A stretch of DNA of 64,000 bases from Alphaproteobacteria bacterium (GTDB lineage Bacteria > Pseudomonadota > Alphaproteobacteria > Sphingomonadales > Emcibacteraceae). The stretch is taken from NCBI GenBank assembly GCA_024280095.1, contig JAJRQU010000019.1, forward strand, positions 508-64,507, in the 5' to 3' direction. Under the pieces are notes generated by a model that was not told the DNA's origin, searched no databases, and saw only the letters and a program-made list of their open reading frames with translations. Positions 29,234 through 39,528 of the stretch are shown piece by piece. A program made the translations under genes and the position numbers. Each line of letters begins with the position of its first letter. Positions within the stretch are counted from its first letter, which is position 1.

Positions 29234-29312
29234 AATTATCCTCCAACTTTCCACGCAATATCCAGATATGCATGGCTGTGTTTATGGGAATATACAATAA
29301 TATATTAAGAAA

Positions 29313-29431
29313 AACTATATATATTTATATATATTTTGTAGGTTTTATCAAAATAATATATTATTTAGTTGTATATATAGTTATTTTCAGATAATTTATT
29401 TTTCCAATAAAAATATTTTCCAATAAAAATA
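29313..29431. promoter_or_regulatory. AT-rich divergent control region with palindromes and a tandem repeat
   Basis: Inverted repeat AACTATATATA (29313) / TATATATAGTT (29372); perfect palindrome AAATAATATATTATTT (29351-29366); TTTTCCAATAAAAATA x2 (29400-29431). Confidence 0.55.
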
Positions 29432-29463
29432 TATATATCAATACATTTTTCAGGGAGACAGAA

Positions 29464-31728
29464 ATGAAAAGATCTATCATTAAAAGGGCTATATACTTGC
29501 TTGGGGCTAGCGTCGCAGTTGCTGCGGCTCCGGCGTGGGCGCAGGATGCGGCCGACGACGACGGGGTTTGGGCCCTCGATGAAATTATTGTGACAGCGCA
29601 AAAGCGCGCAGAAAATCAGCAAACAGTACCAATATCAGTTTCGATAGCCACAGCTGATTTTATGGCAAAGAATGACATCAGGACATTAGAAGACCTGAAC
29701 GGGTCTGTGCCGGGTTTCTTTGCGACAAATTCAGTGGCCTATAACACGGCGCCTGTCAGTATTCGCGGGATTGGCGGATCGACGGGTAGTGCGGCATTTA
29801 TGAGCGATGCGCCTGTGGCGTCTTATGTGGACGGCGTCTATGTTGCCCGTACCGTAATACCAACAACGAACCTGCAGGATGTTGAATCTATTCAGATATT
29901 GCGCGGTCCGCAGGGTACGCTCTATGGCCGGAATTCAACGGCAGGTGCGATTCTGTTGACAACGAAAAGGGCGCATCAGGAATTTGAAGCTGAAGTGTTC
30001 GCCGGTTATGCCCGGTTTGATGAGATCAATGTCGGGGCTATTGTCAACGGCGCGTTGACGGATACATTGTCCGCGCGTGCGGTTATTGCCTATTCTGACA
30101 AGGCGGGTTTTGGTGTGAATGTCAACGATGGCAGCAGCGTTAACGGTTCTCAGGATTTGACGGCACGGCTCTCATTAAACTTTGAGCCGTCAGACGCGGT
30201 GTCTTTTGACCTGATCGCTGAGCTTTATCATCGTAAGGCGCAGCCTGGGCTGCTCGCTTTGAGCACTATTGAAGCCGGCGGCGGTACAACGAATCCTTAT
30301 ATTCTGCGGCCTGATCTGGATCAGATTATTGCGGACAGGGAATATTCGGCCCTTGAAGCCAACCGGTCGGATTCAAAGACTTATGCGGTAACGTTGCTGG
30401 GTGAGTGGGATCTGGATGCGGTGTCTGTTCATTCCATAACAGGTTATCGTAATCTCGACTTCCAAGGGGCGCAGGATACGGATAATACGCCGCTTTTCTT
30501 ATTCAGGAATGAGGCACCTATTCAGTCAAAACAGTTCAGTCAGGAGCTTCGTCTTGAATCCAATAATGACGGGCCGTTTTCATGGATTTTGGGTGGTTTT
30601 TACTTCGCTGAAACGATGAATATTTCGGCGCGGGTTCGCCTTGCCCGGTCTCTTGCGGGTCTTGGTGTTGACGCGAATGTTGTTTCCGAGCAAAAGACAA
30701 ATGCGGTGGCCATATTTGGCGATGGCACATATGAGCTGACGGAAAAGCTGTCTTTGACTCTTGGCTGGCGTTATAGCTACGAGCAGAAAACCTTTAATAC
30801 AGACCGTTTTGATCGCACAATTACGGCGGGTACAGTGCCGGGCGGGCCGTTCGCGGGTACTTATGCAGCCGGAGAAATCTGGCGTGACGCGCCGTTCTTT
30901 GAATCTCAGGCGAGTTATAAGGATTTCTCTCCGCGCGCTGTTCTGGATTTTCAGGCCAGTGAAGATGTCTTCTTATACGCGTCTTACAGTCAGGGCTTTA
31001 AAAGCGGCGGCTTTAACACTTTTACCCCGAATGACGGTTTTGGCCCTGAAAGCATCACGTCCTATGAGATAGGCTTCAAGTCCGAAATGATGGACAATAG
31101 AGTACGTTTGAATGGTGCGGCTTTCTATAATAAATATTCCGACTTGCAAATCAGGTCATCAGATGCCGCGTTTAACACCAGAATTTTGAATGCCGGTGTT
31201 GCAAGGGCGCAGGGTGCAGAGCTTGAGCTGTCCTTCGCTGTTACGGAGCATCTTACTATTTCCGGTAATGTTGCTTATCTTGATGCCGAATTTACCAATG
31301 CTGTTATCACGGCGGTTCCGAGCACGATAGGTGTTGTTTCGGCCGGTCAGAGGTTCGGTGAAGTCAGTCAGGATGTTTCTGGAAATAAATTGCCGCGTTC
31401 GCCTGAATGGCAGTCGTATCTTAATATTTCTTATGAGCGGCCTGTTGGCTCTGTCATTATGGGGCTGAATGCGACCTATAAATATCAGGATGATGTGTTC
31501 TATCTGGAAACCAATCAGGATGTTAATACTTTCGTTGGTGAAGCATGGAGCGAAATTGACCTGAGATTGGAAATTTCAGATCCTGATGATATGTGGGAAG
31601 TTGCTATTTATGGTCAGAATGTCACCAATAATCGTCGCTTGTCTTTTGCCGCAACTTTTGGCGGTTTCCCGACGGGTGTGGTTAGTGAGCCGGCAAAATG
31701 GGGTATTGAAACGGTTTTCCGCTTCTAG
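29464..31728 (+). CDS. TonB-dependent receptor
   Basis: Signal peptide, LDEIIVTAQKR, ILRGPQGTLYGRNSTAGAI, terminal F. Confidence 0.96.
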   Translation: MKRSIIKRAIYLLGASVAVAAAPAWAQDAADDDGVWALDEIIVTAQKRAENQQTVPISVSIATADFMAKNDIRTLEDLNGSVPGFFATNSVAYNTAPVSIRGIGGSTGSAAFMSDAPVASYVDGVYVARTVIPTTNLQDVESIQILRGPQGTLYGRNSTAGAILLTTKRAHQEFEAEVFAGYARFDEINVGAIVNGALTDTLSARAVIAYSDKAGFGVNVNDGSSVNGSQDLTARLSLNFEPSDAVSFDLIAELYHRKAQPGLLALSTIEAGGGTTNPYILRPDLDQIIADREYSALEANRSDSKTYAVTLLGEWDLDAVSVHSITGYRNLDFQGAQDTDNTPLFLFRNEAPIQSKQFSQELRLESNNDGPFSWILGGFYFAETMNISARVRLARSLAGLGVDANVVSEQKTNAVAIFGDGTYELTEKLSLTLGWRYSYEQKTFNTDRFDRTITAGTVPGGPFAGTYAAGEIWRDAPFFESQASYKDFSPRAVLDFQASEDVFLYASYSQGFKSGGFNTFTPNDGFGPESITSYEIGFKSEMMDNRVRLNGAAFYNKYSDLQIRSSDAAFNTRILNAGVARAQGAELELSFAVTEHLTISGNVAYLDAEFTNAVITAVPSTIGVVSAGQRFGEVSQDVSGNKLPRSPEWQSYLNISYERPVGSVIMGLNATYKYQDDVFYLETNQDVNTFVGEAWSEIDLRLEISDPDDMWEVAIYGQNVTNNRRLSFAATFGGFPTGVVSEPAKWGIETVFRF

Positions 31729-31801
31729 TACCGCTTGGTAATATCTAAGGCTTTTGGTTTCAGATTGTTTGATGTTTTTAAATATATGTTTGGAGGAAAA
31801 T

Positions 31802-32158
31802 ATGCGTAAAATTATTTTTAAGTGTTTTGGCTTTTCGGCAGTCATATTTTTAAGCATCAGCAATCTGGCGCTGGCCAATGATACCCTTGCCGTGATGCTT
31901 GACAACAACACGATGCAAGTGGTTGGGCCGGACGGCACGGAGCAGAACTGGTATTTTCAGCAGGATGGCACATTTTCAAGCTTGGAAAATGTAACCGGTT
32001 CCTGGACGATGGCAGGGGATACGCTTTGTACGCTTTACGGCGCGAGGACCAAGCCCGGATGCTTTTCGCTTCCCACGGGTAAGGTTGTTGGTGATTCCTG
32101 GGATCAGGTTGTTGGTTCAGGGAAGACGGTAAGGGTCATCATTGTGGAAGGCCGTTAG
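31802..32158 (+). CDS. Small exported hypothetical protein
   Basis: ATG 31802 behind GGAGGA; signal peptide ending ALA; two Cys in a beta-rich mature part. Confidence 0.7.
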   Translation: MRKIIFKCFGFSAVIFLSISNLALANDTLAVMLDNNTMQVVGPDGTEQNWYFQQDGTFSSLENVTGSWTMAGDTLCTLYGARTKPGCFSLPTGKVVGDSWDQVVGSGKTVRVIIVEGR

Positions 32159-32242
32159 GTGCGCCGAATTCTCTTTTTTTCAGGTTTAAATCTGTGAAAT
32201 ACTGAACCTTACTGAATTTCTTTTCAAATTGGAGAGTATATT

Positions 32243-32695
32243 ATGACAATGGATACCGATAAAAGGTTAGCCATTTCTTTGTTTCTAATACGCATCACGG
32301 TGTTTCTGGTGATGTTTATGTGGACGTTAAGAAAGTTTCTTGATCCGGTTCATGCCGGCAAGCTTTTTGCGAAATATTATTTTATTCCGGGGCTTAATGA
32401 GGTCATGATCTATGGGATCGTTGCCCTGCAATTGGTTTTGGTTTTTGCGTTTTTATTCGGAATAGCAAAATATTGGACCTATGGACTGGTTATGCTTCTG
32501 CATGCCGGGTCAACTTTCGCGCCCATGACGAAATATTTTGCTCCTTACGAAGGGACGCATTTACTGTTTTTCGCCGCATGGCCGATGTTGGCGGCTTGTG
32601 TTGCCCTGTTCCTGCTGCGGGACAAAGATACAATGTTTGTTTTCAAGGCGGGTGGCTCTTCTGAGGATGCGCCGCCATCAGAAAAGGAAGCGTAA
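32243..32695 (+). CDS. DoxX-like four-helix membrane protein
   Basis: LIRITVFLVMFMWTLRKF...LLFFAAWPMLAAC; four hydrophobic segments. Confidence 0.75.
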   Translation: MTMDTDKRLAISLFLIRITVFLVMFMWTLRKFLDPVHAGKLFAKYYFIPGLNEVMIYGIVALQLVLVFAFLFGIAKYWTYGLVMLLHAGSTFAPMTKYFAPYEGTHLLFFAAWPMLAACVALFLLRDKDTMFVFKAGGSSEDAPPSEKEA

Positions 32696-32698
32696 GTT

Positions 32699-33568
32699 AT
32701 GGTTCAGCTCATCGATAGCGATATTCAAACGCGCGAAGTTCTTGATTGGAAAGGTCTGCATTTACTGCATCATCCGGCGGCGGCCTGTTCTAAAAAACTG
32801 CGCATTTTTTTGAATGTCAAAGGCATAGATTGGGAATCGCATATTGTTGATATTAAAACGGGTGCAAACTATGATGAATGGTTCTTGGGGATCAATCCGC
32901 GCGGTTTGATCCCGGTATTGGTTGATGATGGCGCAGTGCATATCGAAAGTAATGATATTCTCATGTATCTGGAGAATAAATTTTCTGGTTCCGGGCCGAG
33001 TTTGCTTTCCGCCGGGGGTGTATCTGAAATGGAAGATCTGCTCAATCATGAGAACAGCTTGCATATGGATCTTCGGACGCTGGTTTTTCGTTTTTACTTT
33101 CCCGGAAAAAGCCCGTCAAAGCCTGAGGGCGCCCTTGAAAAATATAGGGACACTGGGTCTGGCACCGTCGGCGGTGTGAAAGATCAGGAAAAATCCGTCC
33201 AGATTAAATTTTGGGAAACAGTGAAGAATGACGGCATTCCCGATGAAACAGCACGCAAATCCGCCTTAAAGTTCCGCGCGGCATTTGACGAACTCGAAGC
33301 GCGTCTTGGGGATAACCCTTATCTGCTTGGTGATGAGTTGAGTATATTGGATATTGCCTGGTTCATATATGCGGATCGCCTGATATTGGCGGGTTATCCC
33401 ATAGCAAAGCTGCATCCCCGCATTGACCAGTGGTTCAAAAAACTCTCCGGGCGTCCGGATTTCTCCAAAGAAGTTGTGATGCCGGAAGAGATGATGGGAA
33501 TGATATCGACCGCGCGCAGCGAGCAGGAAAAAGCAGGAAAAACTTTGAGTCTGGTTGCGGGGTTCTAA
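32699..33568 (+). CDS. Glutathione S-transferase family protein
   Basis: CSKKLR, INPRGLIPVL, ESNDILMYLE and YLLGDELSILDIAW. Confidence 0.92.
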   Translation: MVQLIDSDIQTREVLDWKGLHLLHHPAAACSKKLRIFLNVKGIDWESHIVDIKTGANYDEWFLGINPRGLIPVLVDDGAVHIESNDILMYLENKFSGSGPSLLSAGGVSEMEDLLNHENSLHMDLRTLVFRFYFPGKSPSKPEGALEKYRDTGSGTVGGVKDQEKSVQIKFWETVKNDGIPDETARKSALKFRAAFDELEARLGDNPYLLGDELSILDIAWFIYADRLILAGYPIAKLHPRIDQWFKKLSGRPDFSKEVVMPEEMMGMISTARSEQEKAGKTLSLVAGF

Positions 33569-33602
33569 AAAAATATTGACGCGTTAATTATTGGAGCATT
33601 GT

Positions 33603-34445
33603 ATGAGGTTAGTACGTTACGGGGAAAAGGGCTTAGAGAAGCCCGGGCTTTTGGATAAGAATGATCGGGTGAGATCGTTGGCGGGTCTGGTCAAGGATGT
33701 GGATATCCTGTTTCTTTCTGAGGGCGCGCAAGAAGTTCTGGCGGCGATTGATCCTGAGAAATTACCCTTGGTGGAATCAGGATGCCGGTTAGGGATGCCC
33801 ATAGTCGGTATCAGGCAAATTATAGCTGTTGCAGGGAATTACCGCGCCCATGTTGAGGAGCGCGGCAATGTTTTGCCAACAGAGCCCATGATTTTTCATA
33901 AATCCATAGGGTCTCTTTGTGGCCCGACAGATGACATCATTTTACCGCCGGAGACCAATGAGAATGATTGGGAAATAGAGCTGGGTATTCTCATCGGTAA
34001 GAGGGCAAGCCGGGTATCTGAGGATGAGGCGCTTTCCTATGTCGGGGGTTATTGCCTTGTTAACGATATCACAGAACGTCATTGGCAGCATAAGCGAATT
34101 GGGCAGTTCGGCAAGGGCAAGAGTTTTGACAGTTTTACCCCGATTGGGCCGTGGGTTTCGACGCCGGATGAGATCGAAGACCCGCAAGCGCTTGATATGT
34201 GGCTGGATCTAAACGGCGAAAGACGTCAGGAAGGCTCAACGGGTCAAATGGTTCATGGGGTTGATAAATTGATCAGTTATATCAGCCAGTTTATGACATT
34301 GGAACCGGGCGATCTGATCGTATCTGGAACTTGTGCGGGGGTTGGGGCCGCTTGTGAGCCACCTGTATTCATGCAGGATGGGGACAGGCTGGATTTTGGT
34401 ATATCCAAACTTGGCGAGCAGCATCATTCGGTGCGGCGGGCTTAG
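33603..34445 (+). CDS. Fumarylacetoacetate hydrolase family protein
   Basis: NYRAH, DWEIELG, NDITER, GKSFDSFTPIGP, LEPGDLIVSGT. Confidence 0.94.
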   Translation: MRLVRYGEKGLEKPGLLDKNDRVRSLAGLVKDVDILFLSEGAQEVLAAIDPEKLPLVESGCRLGMPIVGIRQIIAVAGNYRAHVEERGNVLPTEPMIFHKSIGSLCGPTDDIILPPETNENDWEIELGILIGKRASRVSEDEALSYVGGYCLVNDITERHWQHKRIGQFGKGKSFDSFTPIGPWVSTPDEIEDPQALDMWLDLNGERRQEGSTGQMVHGVDKLISYISQFMTLEPGDLIVSGTCAGVGAACEPPVFMQDGDRLDFGISKLGEQHHSVRRA

Positions 34446-34485
34446 GTGAGGAAGGTTTTTATAACAATTGAGAGAAGGTGTTATT

Positions 34486-35082
34486 ATGACTGTTGATAAA
34501 GTTAAAGAGAGTGATGCGCGCGTGAATGCCCCTGTAGAGCGGCCTGAGGAGATTGTGACGTCGCCTTCAGATTATTATGCGCTGCGCGAAAAATGGACAA
34601 AGACTGTTGCGACGCCAAAATTGATGCGCTGTGCGGATGCGCCGTCAATCATGGACGGGGAGCAAAATATTAAATTACTTCTTAGTGGGGAAGAAAGCGG
34701 GGGGCGTTTTATGGTCTCACTGATTACGCTGGAGCCGGATACCGGCCCGCCGCTACATCATCAACCCAATGAAGATGAAATGTTTCTTGTGGTGTCCGGT
34801 CAGGTTGAAGTGACGATCGGAAATGCAACGGCGATTGTTGGGCCCGGGGATTTTGCTTATGCGCCGCCAAATACCTCGCATGCTTTTCGTGCCGTAGGCG
34901 GCAAGCCGGCATCTATGTTCTCAGTCAATAGTCCGGGGGGGCATGAAAGGGGATTTGAATATTTCACCAAGATGGCAAAGGATGGCGAACCAATTGAAAA
35001 AGCTATGGCCGGTCTGGAGAATTACGACTTCGTTATCAATAAATTAGATGACGATGAAGCCAATGAACGGATTGGTGTGTGA
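34486..35082 (+). CDS. Cupin domain protein (quercetinase-like)
   Basis: LLSGEESGG, GPPLHHQPNEDEMFLVVSG, GDFAYAPPNTSHAF. Confidence 0.85.
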   Translation: MTVDKVKESDARVNAPVERPEEIVTSPSDYYALREKWTKTVATPKLMRCADAPSIMDGEQNIKLLLSGEESGGRFMVSLITLEPDTGPPLHHQPNEDEMFLVVSGQVEVTIGNATAIVGPGDFAYAPPNTSHAFRAVGGKPASMFSVNSPGGHERGFEYFTKMAKDGEPIEKAMAGLENYDFVINKLDDDEANERIGV

Positions 35083-35090
35083 TGTGACTT

Positions 35091-35128
35091 CTTAACCCCG
35101 AATTTGCGCGATCAGATTCGGGGTTAAG
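35091..35128 (+). terminator. Stem-loop, probable intrinsic terminator
   Basis: CTTAACCCCGAAT / ATTCGGGGTTAAG perfect 13-bp stem just after the cupin stop. Confidence 0.7.
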
Positions 35129-35156
35129 CCTTTAAGAAAATATGCAGGGAAAATAA

Positions 35157-35184
35157 AACAGAAATTTAAGAACAGAAATTTAAG
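35157..35184. repeat. 14-bp tandem duplication AACAGAAATTTAAG x2
   Basis: Directly visible, immediately upstream of the TonB receptor RBS. Confidence 0.85.
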
Positions 35185-35199
35185 AAAAGGGTATTAATA

Positions 35200-37542
35200 A
35201 TGGAAATCAAGAGAAAATTCTTAACAAGAATGCTAACAACATCAACGTTGGTATCAGTCATGGCCTCGGGGCTTTCCTGGGCGGAAGTGCCTGATGATGC
35301 TGACGCAACAGCATGGGTTCTGGACGAAATTGTGGTAACGGCGCAGAAGCGTGCGCAGGACATCACGGATGTGCCTATTTCCGTGACGGCTGTTTCCGGT
35401 GAAATGCTTGCCTCCAGAGGGATTACCGATACGGCGGAATTGGCGAAAGTTATACCGGGTTTTGTGTATCAATCTTCAACTTTTGGTTCGCCCATTTATT
35501 ATATTCGCGGTGTTGGCTTTGCGGAAATTACGCAGGCTATCAATCCGGCAGTCAGTATTTATGTTGACCAAATACCGTTGCCTTTCTCCGTAATGGCGCG
35601 CGGGGCAATTCTGGATTTGCAGGCTGTTGAGGCATTGAAAGGCCCGCAGGGCACATTGTTTGGCCAAAATGCAACGGGCGGCGCGATCAACTATATCGCT
35701 ACGAAGCCTACCGCTGAACTTGCCGCAGGTGTTGACGCGAGCTATGGGCGTTTTAATGATTTCAAGTTTGGTGGGTTCATTAACGGTTCATTGGGCGAAA
35801 CATTGAATGCCAGACTGTCAGCAAGGCGTGAAAGCCGCGGCGATTGGCAACAGAGTTCAAGCCGGGAGGACAGCCTTGGCGAGCGCGACTTTCTGGTTGG
35901 ACGGCTGTTGCTTGATTGGCAACCTACAGAAGATCTGAGTTTCTTGCTCAATGTTAATGGTTGGCGAGATAAGTCTGATTCTCAGGCAAACCAGTTCATT
36001 GGTTTCCAATTCCTGGTACCTTGTGCCCCTGGGCCGGGGCGTCAGGCGGCATGTGATGCGCTGGTTGCTCAGCCCATATCACCCGATAATGCCCGCGCAG
36101 CAGATTGGGATCCTGATCGCAGCTTTGCTGTTGATGACCGTTTCTATCAGGTCGCTCTGGAGGCCAACTGGGACGTGAGTGATAATGTTACGGTGACATC
36201 CTTGACGTCATACTCTGACTATAGTTCGGATGCGCCTTTTGATACGGACGGCATGGCCTATACGAGCCTGACCGTTTTGGGCGAGACAGAAATTGATTCA
36301 TTCAATCAGGAACTTCGGGCAAGCGGCGAGCTTGAGAACGGCGTGATCTGGATGCTGGGGGCGAATTATTCAGAATCCAATTCCAGTGAAGTTCAATTGA
36401 GCGTTTTAGGCTCAACGAATAGCGCGAGTTTTGACGGATTGATTTCAGAGAACGCGCAGAAAGTAAAAGCAAAAGCTGTTTTTGCCAGCGTTGAAGTCCC
36501 CATGGGGGAGAAGTTCAATATTCTGGCCTCTGCGCGCTACACCTCTGAGGATCGTGATTTCTCAGGTTGTGCGCGGGATGACGGTAATGGCGGGCTTTCA
36601 GCTCTTTTGGGGATTATTTCAAACTTAAGAAATGCGCTTCCGCCTGTGCCGCCGGCCTTCATTGCCACAGGGGGATGTGTCACCCTCAGTTCTGCGACGA
36701 GCTTGCCGATTGGCGGACTGGTTACGGATAGTTTATCAGAGGATAACTTCTCCTGGCGGGCCAGTGTGAATTATAATGCCGATGATGATACGATGGTTTA
36801 CCTGACCGCCAGTAAAGGCTATAAATCCGGTTCATACCCCCTTGTTCCCGGCGTTTTTGATGACCAGTTCAGCCCTGCCACACAAGAGTCTGTGCTGGCT
36901 TATGAGCTTGGCCTGAAGAAAACTCTCGCCGATAATCGTGTGCAGTTTAACAGTGCCGTTTATTATTATAATTATAATAATAAGCAGGTTCGCGGTTTTC
37001 TTGATGTCGGCTTTCCATTCGGCAATGTTCCGGCCCTTGTGAATGTCCCTAAATCCCGTGCCTGGGGTTTTGAAGCCGAAGTGACAGCTTTGGTGAGTGA
37101 GGGCTTGCAGGTAAGCGGGGCGGTCAATTATATTGATACGCAGGTAACGGAAGATTTCAGCACGCCGGATCCATTAGGTGTTATCGCCAATATTAACGGC
37201 GAAGAATTCCCAATGGCCCCTCAGTGGCAGTTCAGCGGTGATATTGAATATCGTTTCACTTTCGGGAATGATCTGGAAGGTTTCCTCGGTGCAAGCCCAA
37301 GTTACCGGTCTGCGACAAAAGCCGCTTTTGGCACAAACCCTATCCTTGGGATCGAGAGTTATTTTTTGCTTGACCTGAGGGCTGGTTTTGAATCTGAAGA
37401 TGGTACTTGGCGCGTTGAAGTTTATGGCAACAACCTGACCAATAAATTCTACTGGACACAGGTCACACGTGAAATTGATGCCTTGACCAGAACAGCGGCC
37501 ATGCCGGTAACATATGGCGTTCGCCTTAGTTACAAATATTAA
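35200..37542 (+). CDS. TonB-dependent receptor
   Basis: LDEIVVTAQKR, ALKGPQGTLFGQNATGGAINY, TYGVRLSYKY terminus. Confidence 0.96.
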   Translation: MEIKRKFLTRMLTTSTLVSVMASGLSWAEVPDDADATAWVLDEIVVTAQKRAQDITDVPISVTAVSGEMLASRGITDTAELAKVIPGFVYQSSTFGSPIYYIRGVGFAEITQAINPAVSIYVDQIPLPFSVMARGAILDLQAVEALKGPQGTLFGQNATGGAINYIATKPTAELAAGVDASYGRFNDFKFGGFINGSLGETLNARLSARRESRGDWQQSSSREDSLGERDFLVGRLLLDWQPTEDLSFLLNVNGWRDKSDSQANQFIGFQFLVPCAPGPGRQAACDALVAQPISPDNARAADWDPDRSFAVDDRFYQVALEANWDVSDNVTVTSLTSYSDYSSDAPFDTDGMAYTSLTVLGETEIDSFNQELRASGELENGVIWMLGANYSESNSSEVQLSVLGSTNSASFDGLISENAQKVKAKAVFASVEVPMGEKFNILASARYTSEDRDFSGCARDDGNGGLSALLGIISNLRNALPPVPPAFIATGGCVTLSSATSLPIGGLVTDSLSEDNFSWRASVNYNADDDTMVYLTASKGYKSGSYPLVPGVFDDQFSPATQESVLAYELGLKKTLADNRVQFNSAVYYYNYNNKQVRGFLDVGFPFGNVPALVNVPKSRAWGFEAEVTALVSEGLQVSGAVNYIDTQVTEDFSTPDPLGVIANINGEEFPMAPQWQFSGDIEYRFTFGNDLEGFLGASPSYRSATKAAFGTNPILGIESYFLLDLRAGFESEDGTWRVEVYGNNLTNKFYWTQVTREIDALTRTAAMPVTYGVRLSYKY

Positions 37543-37601
37543 TGGCCATTTGCTGACTATAAAAACGTGAAAAATATGCTTTTTTAACACAGGAATTATT
37601 T

Positions 37602-37892
37602 ATGACAGTACAACATATGGTTTGGTTAAAGACACCCGAAGGGGCGACCAATGCGGACATGGAAGACTTGATAGAGAAAATTCTGCGGATGAAAAGCATA
37701 CCTTCCGTTATTGATATCGTGGCTGGTAAAAATCATAAAGATGCCAGCCACGGTTATGACTATGGTGTTATAATGACTTATGCGGATAAGGCTGCCCATC
37801 GCCTTTATAACGAACACCCCGACCATGCAAAAATGCGTGATGAGATCAAGGCAATGGGTGTTGGTATGATGGCTCTTGATTTTGAACATTGA
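37602..37892 (+). CDS. Dabb (stress-responsive A/B barrel) protein
   Basis: QHMVWLK...GYDYGVIMTY...YNEHPDH...LDFE. Confidence 0.85.
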   Translation: MTVQHMVWLKTPEGATNADMEDLIEKILRMKSIPSVIDIVAGKNHKDASHGYDYGVIMTYADKAAHRLYNEHPDHAKMRDEIKAMGVGMMALDFEH

Positions 37893-37963
37893 TCAGCCTG
37901 CGCGTGGTACCCGGACGTAATAGCTGAACGCAGTGGGTGCGAATAGTTTCTAAGGACATTGGT

Positions 37964-39517
37964 ATGAATATTTGTGTTTCTCAAACTGGGGACAATCCCT
38001 CACTGTGGCTGGAGTCCGTCGCAGAAACGGACCCTGATCGGCCGTTCATGCAGACGCCCGGTGAAAAACCCTACAGTTATGGCGATACAGCCGATATTTC
38101 AGGTCGCTTTGCCACGTATCTTACGCAATGCGGTGTTGGCGCCGGGGATCGTGTGGCGGCCCAGATAGATAAATCGCCTGAGGGCTTCATGCTCTATCTG
38201 GCCTGCCTTCGTATGGGGGCCATATATGTGCCGCTAAATACCGCATACTCAAGAATTGAAATAGAATATTTTATCAAGGATTCTGAACCCGGCATATTGA
38301 TCTGCCGGCCAGAATATCTGGATGCAGTAACGTTGATTGCCAAAAAATTCAACGTGCCGGAAATTCATTCCTTCGGCACGGACGGTGAAGGGACATTCAT
38401 TGAGAATGCCCTGAAATGCCGCCCTGACGGTTTTACACCCTCTAACGGCGATCCCGCCGAAGTCGCGGCCTTGCTCTATACATCCGGGACAACGGGCCGT
38501 TCGAAAGGGGCGATGATCACGCGCCGCGCCTTGGCCCATTGTGCCAAAACGCTTGCCGCCTCTTGGCATTTTACGGCGGATGATGTTCTGCTGCATGTTT
38601 TGCCGGTCTTTCATGGCCACGGGCTTTTTATTGCGGCGAATACGGCTCTTGTTGCCGGTGCGCAGATGATTTTCACCAAGCGGTTTGATATTGACGAGGT
38701 CATTCGCTGTTTGCCGCAAGCAACGGTTTTCATGGGGGTGCCGACCATGTATATGCGCCTGCTGAAACATCCGGAATTTTCTGAGGCGGCCTGCCATAAT
38801 CTTCGATTGGCTATTTCAGGTTCTGCGCCGATTATGCGGGAAACTCTTGACGCATTCAGGGAAAAATCCGGCTGCAGTATATTGGAACGTTATGGCCTTA
38901 CGGAAACGCTGATTGTGACGGCCAATCCGTATGAAGGAAACGCGGTACAGGGCTCTGTTGGCCTGCCGGTTAGCGATGTTGAGCTTCGCCTTGCGGATAT
39001 TGAAACCGGCAAAGAGCTGCGGGAGGCGAATGTGATTGGCAAGATTGAAGTTCGCGGGCCGGGCCTGTTTAAAGGCTATTGGAAGAATCCCGAAAAGACG
39101 GCAGAGGAAATGTGTCCTGACGGCTATTTCATGACCGGTGATCTGGGAAAATTTGACGAAAACGGTTATCTCTATATTGTGGGACGCGATAAAGATATGG
39201 TCATTACGGGCGGCTATAATGTTTACCCCAAAGAAGTAGAGGCAGAAATAGATGCGCAGAAGGATGTGCTGGAAAGTGCCGTTATTGGTTTGCCGCATCC
39301 GGATTTTGGCGAGGCCGTTTCCGCGCTCGTTGTTCTTGCTGATGGCGGCAAGTTAAATGAGGCGGAGCTTCTGGAAATTTTGACAGACCGGCTGGCCAAA
39401 TATAAATGCCCCAAAAAAATAATATTTGTCGATAGTCTGCAGCGAAACGCCATGGGGAAGGTGCAAAAAAACCTGCTTAAACAACAATATGAGACTCTTT
39501 ACCAACAGGTAACGTGA
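37964..39517 (+). CDS. matB: Malonyl-CoA/methylmalonyl-CoA synthetase (MatB-like)
   Basis: YVPLNTAY, ALLYTSGTTGRSKGAM, FMGVPTMY, ERYGLTE, GGYNVYPKEVE, RNAMGKVQK. Confidence 0.8.
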   Translation: MNICVSQTGDNPSLWLESVAETDPDRPFMQTPGEKPYSYGDTADISGRFATYLTQCGVGAGDRVAAQIDKSPEGFMLYLACLRMGAIYVPLNTAYSRIEIEYFIKDSEPGILICRPEYLDAVTLIAKKFNVPEIHSFGTDGEGTFIENALKCRPDGFTPSNGDPAEVAALLYTSGTTGRSKGAMITRRALAHCAKTLAASWHFTADDVLLHVLPVFHGHGLFIAANTALVAGAQMIFTKRFDIDEVIRCLPQATVFMGVPTMYMRLLKHPEFSEAACHNLRLAISGSAPIMRETLDAFREKSGCSILERYGLTETLIVTANPYEGNAVQGSVGLPVSDVELRLADIETGKELREANVIGKIEVRGPGLFKGYWKNPEKTAEEMCPDGYFMTGDLGKFDENGYLYIVGRDKDMVITGGYNVYPKEVEAEIDAQKDVLESAVIGLPHPDFGEAVSALVVLADGGKLNEAELLEILTDRLAKYKCPKKIIFVDSLQRNAMGKVQKNLLKQQYETLYQQVT

Positions 39518-39528
39518 AGGTAAATTTG

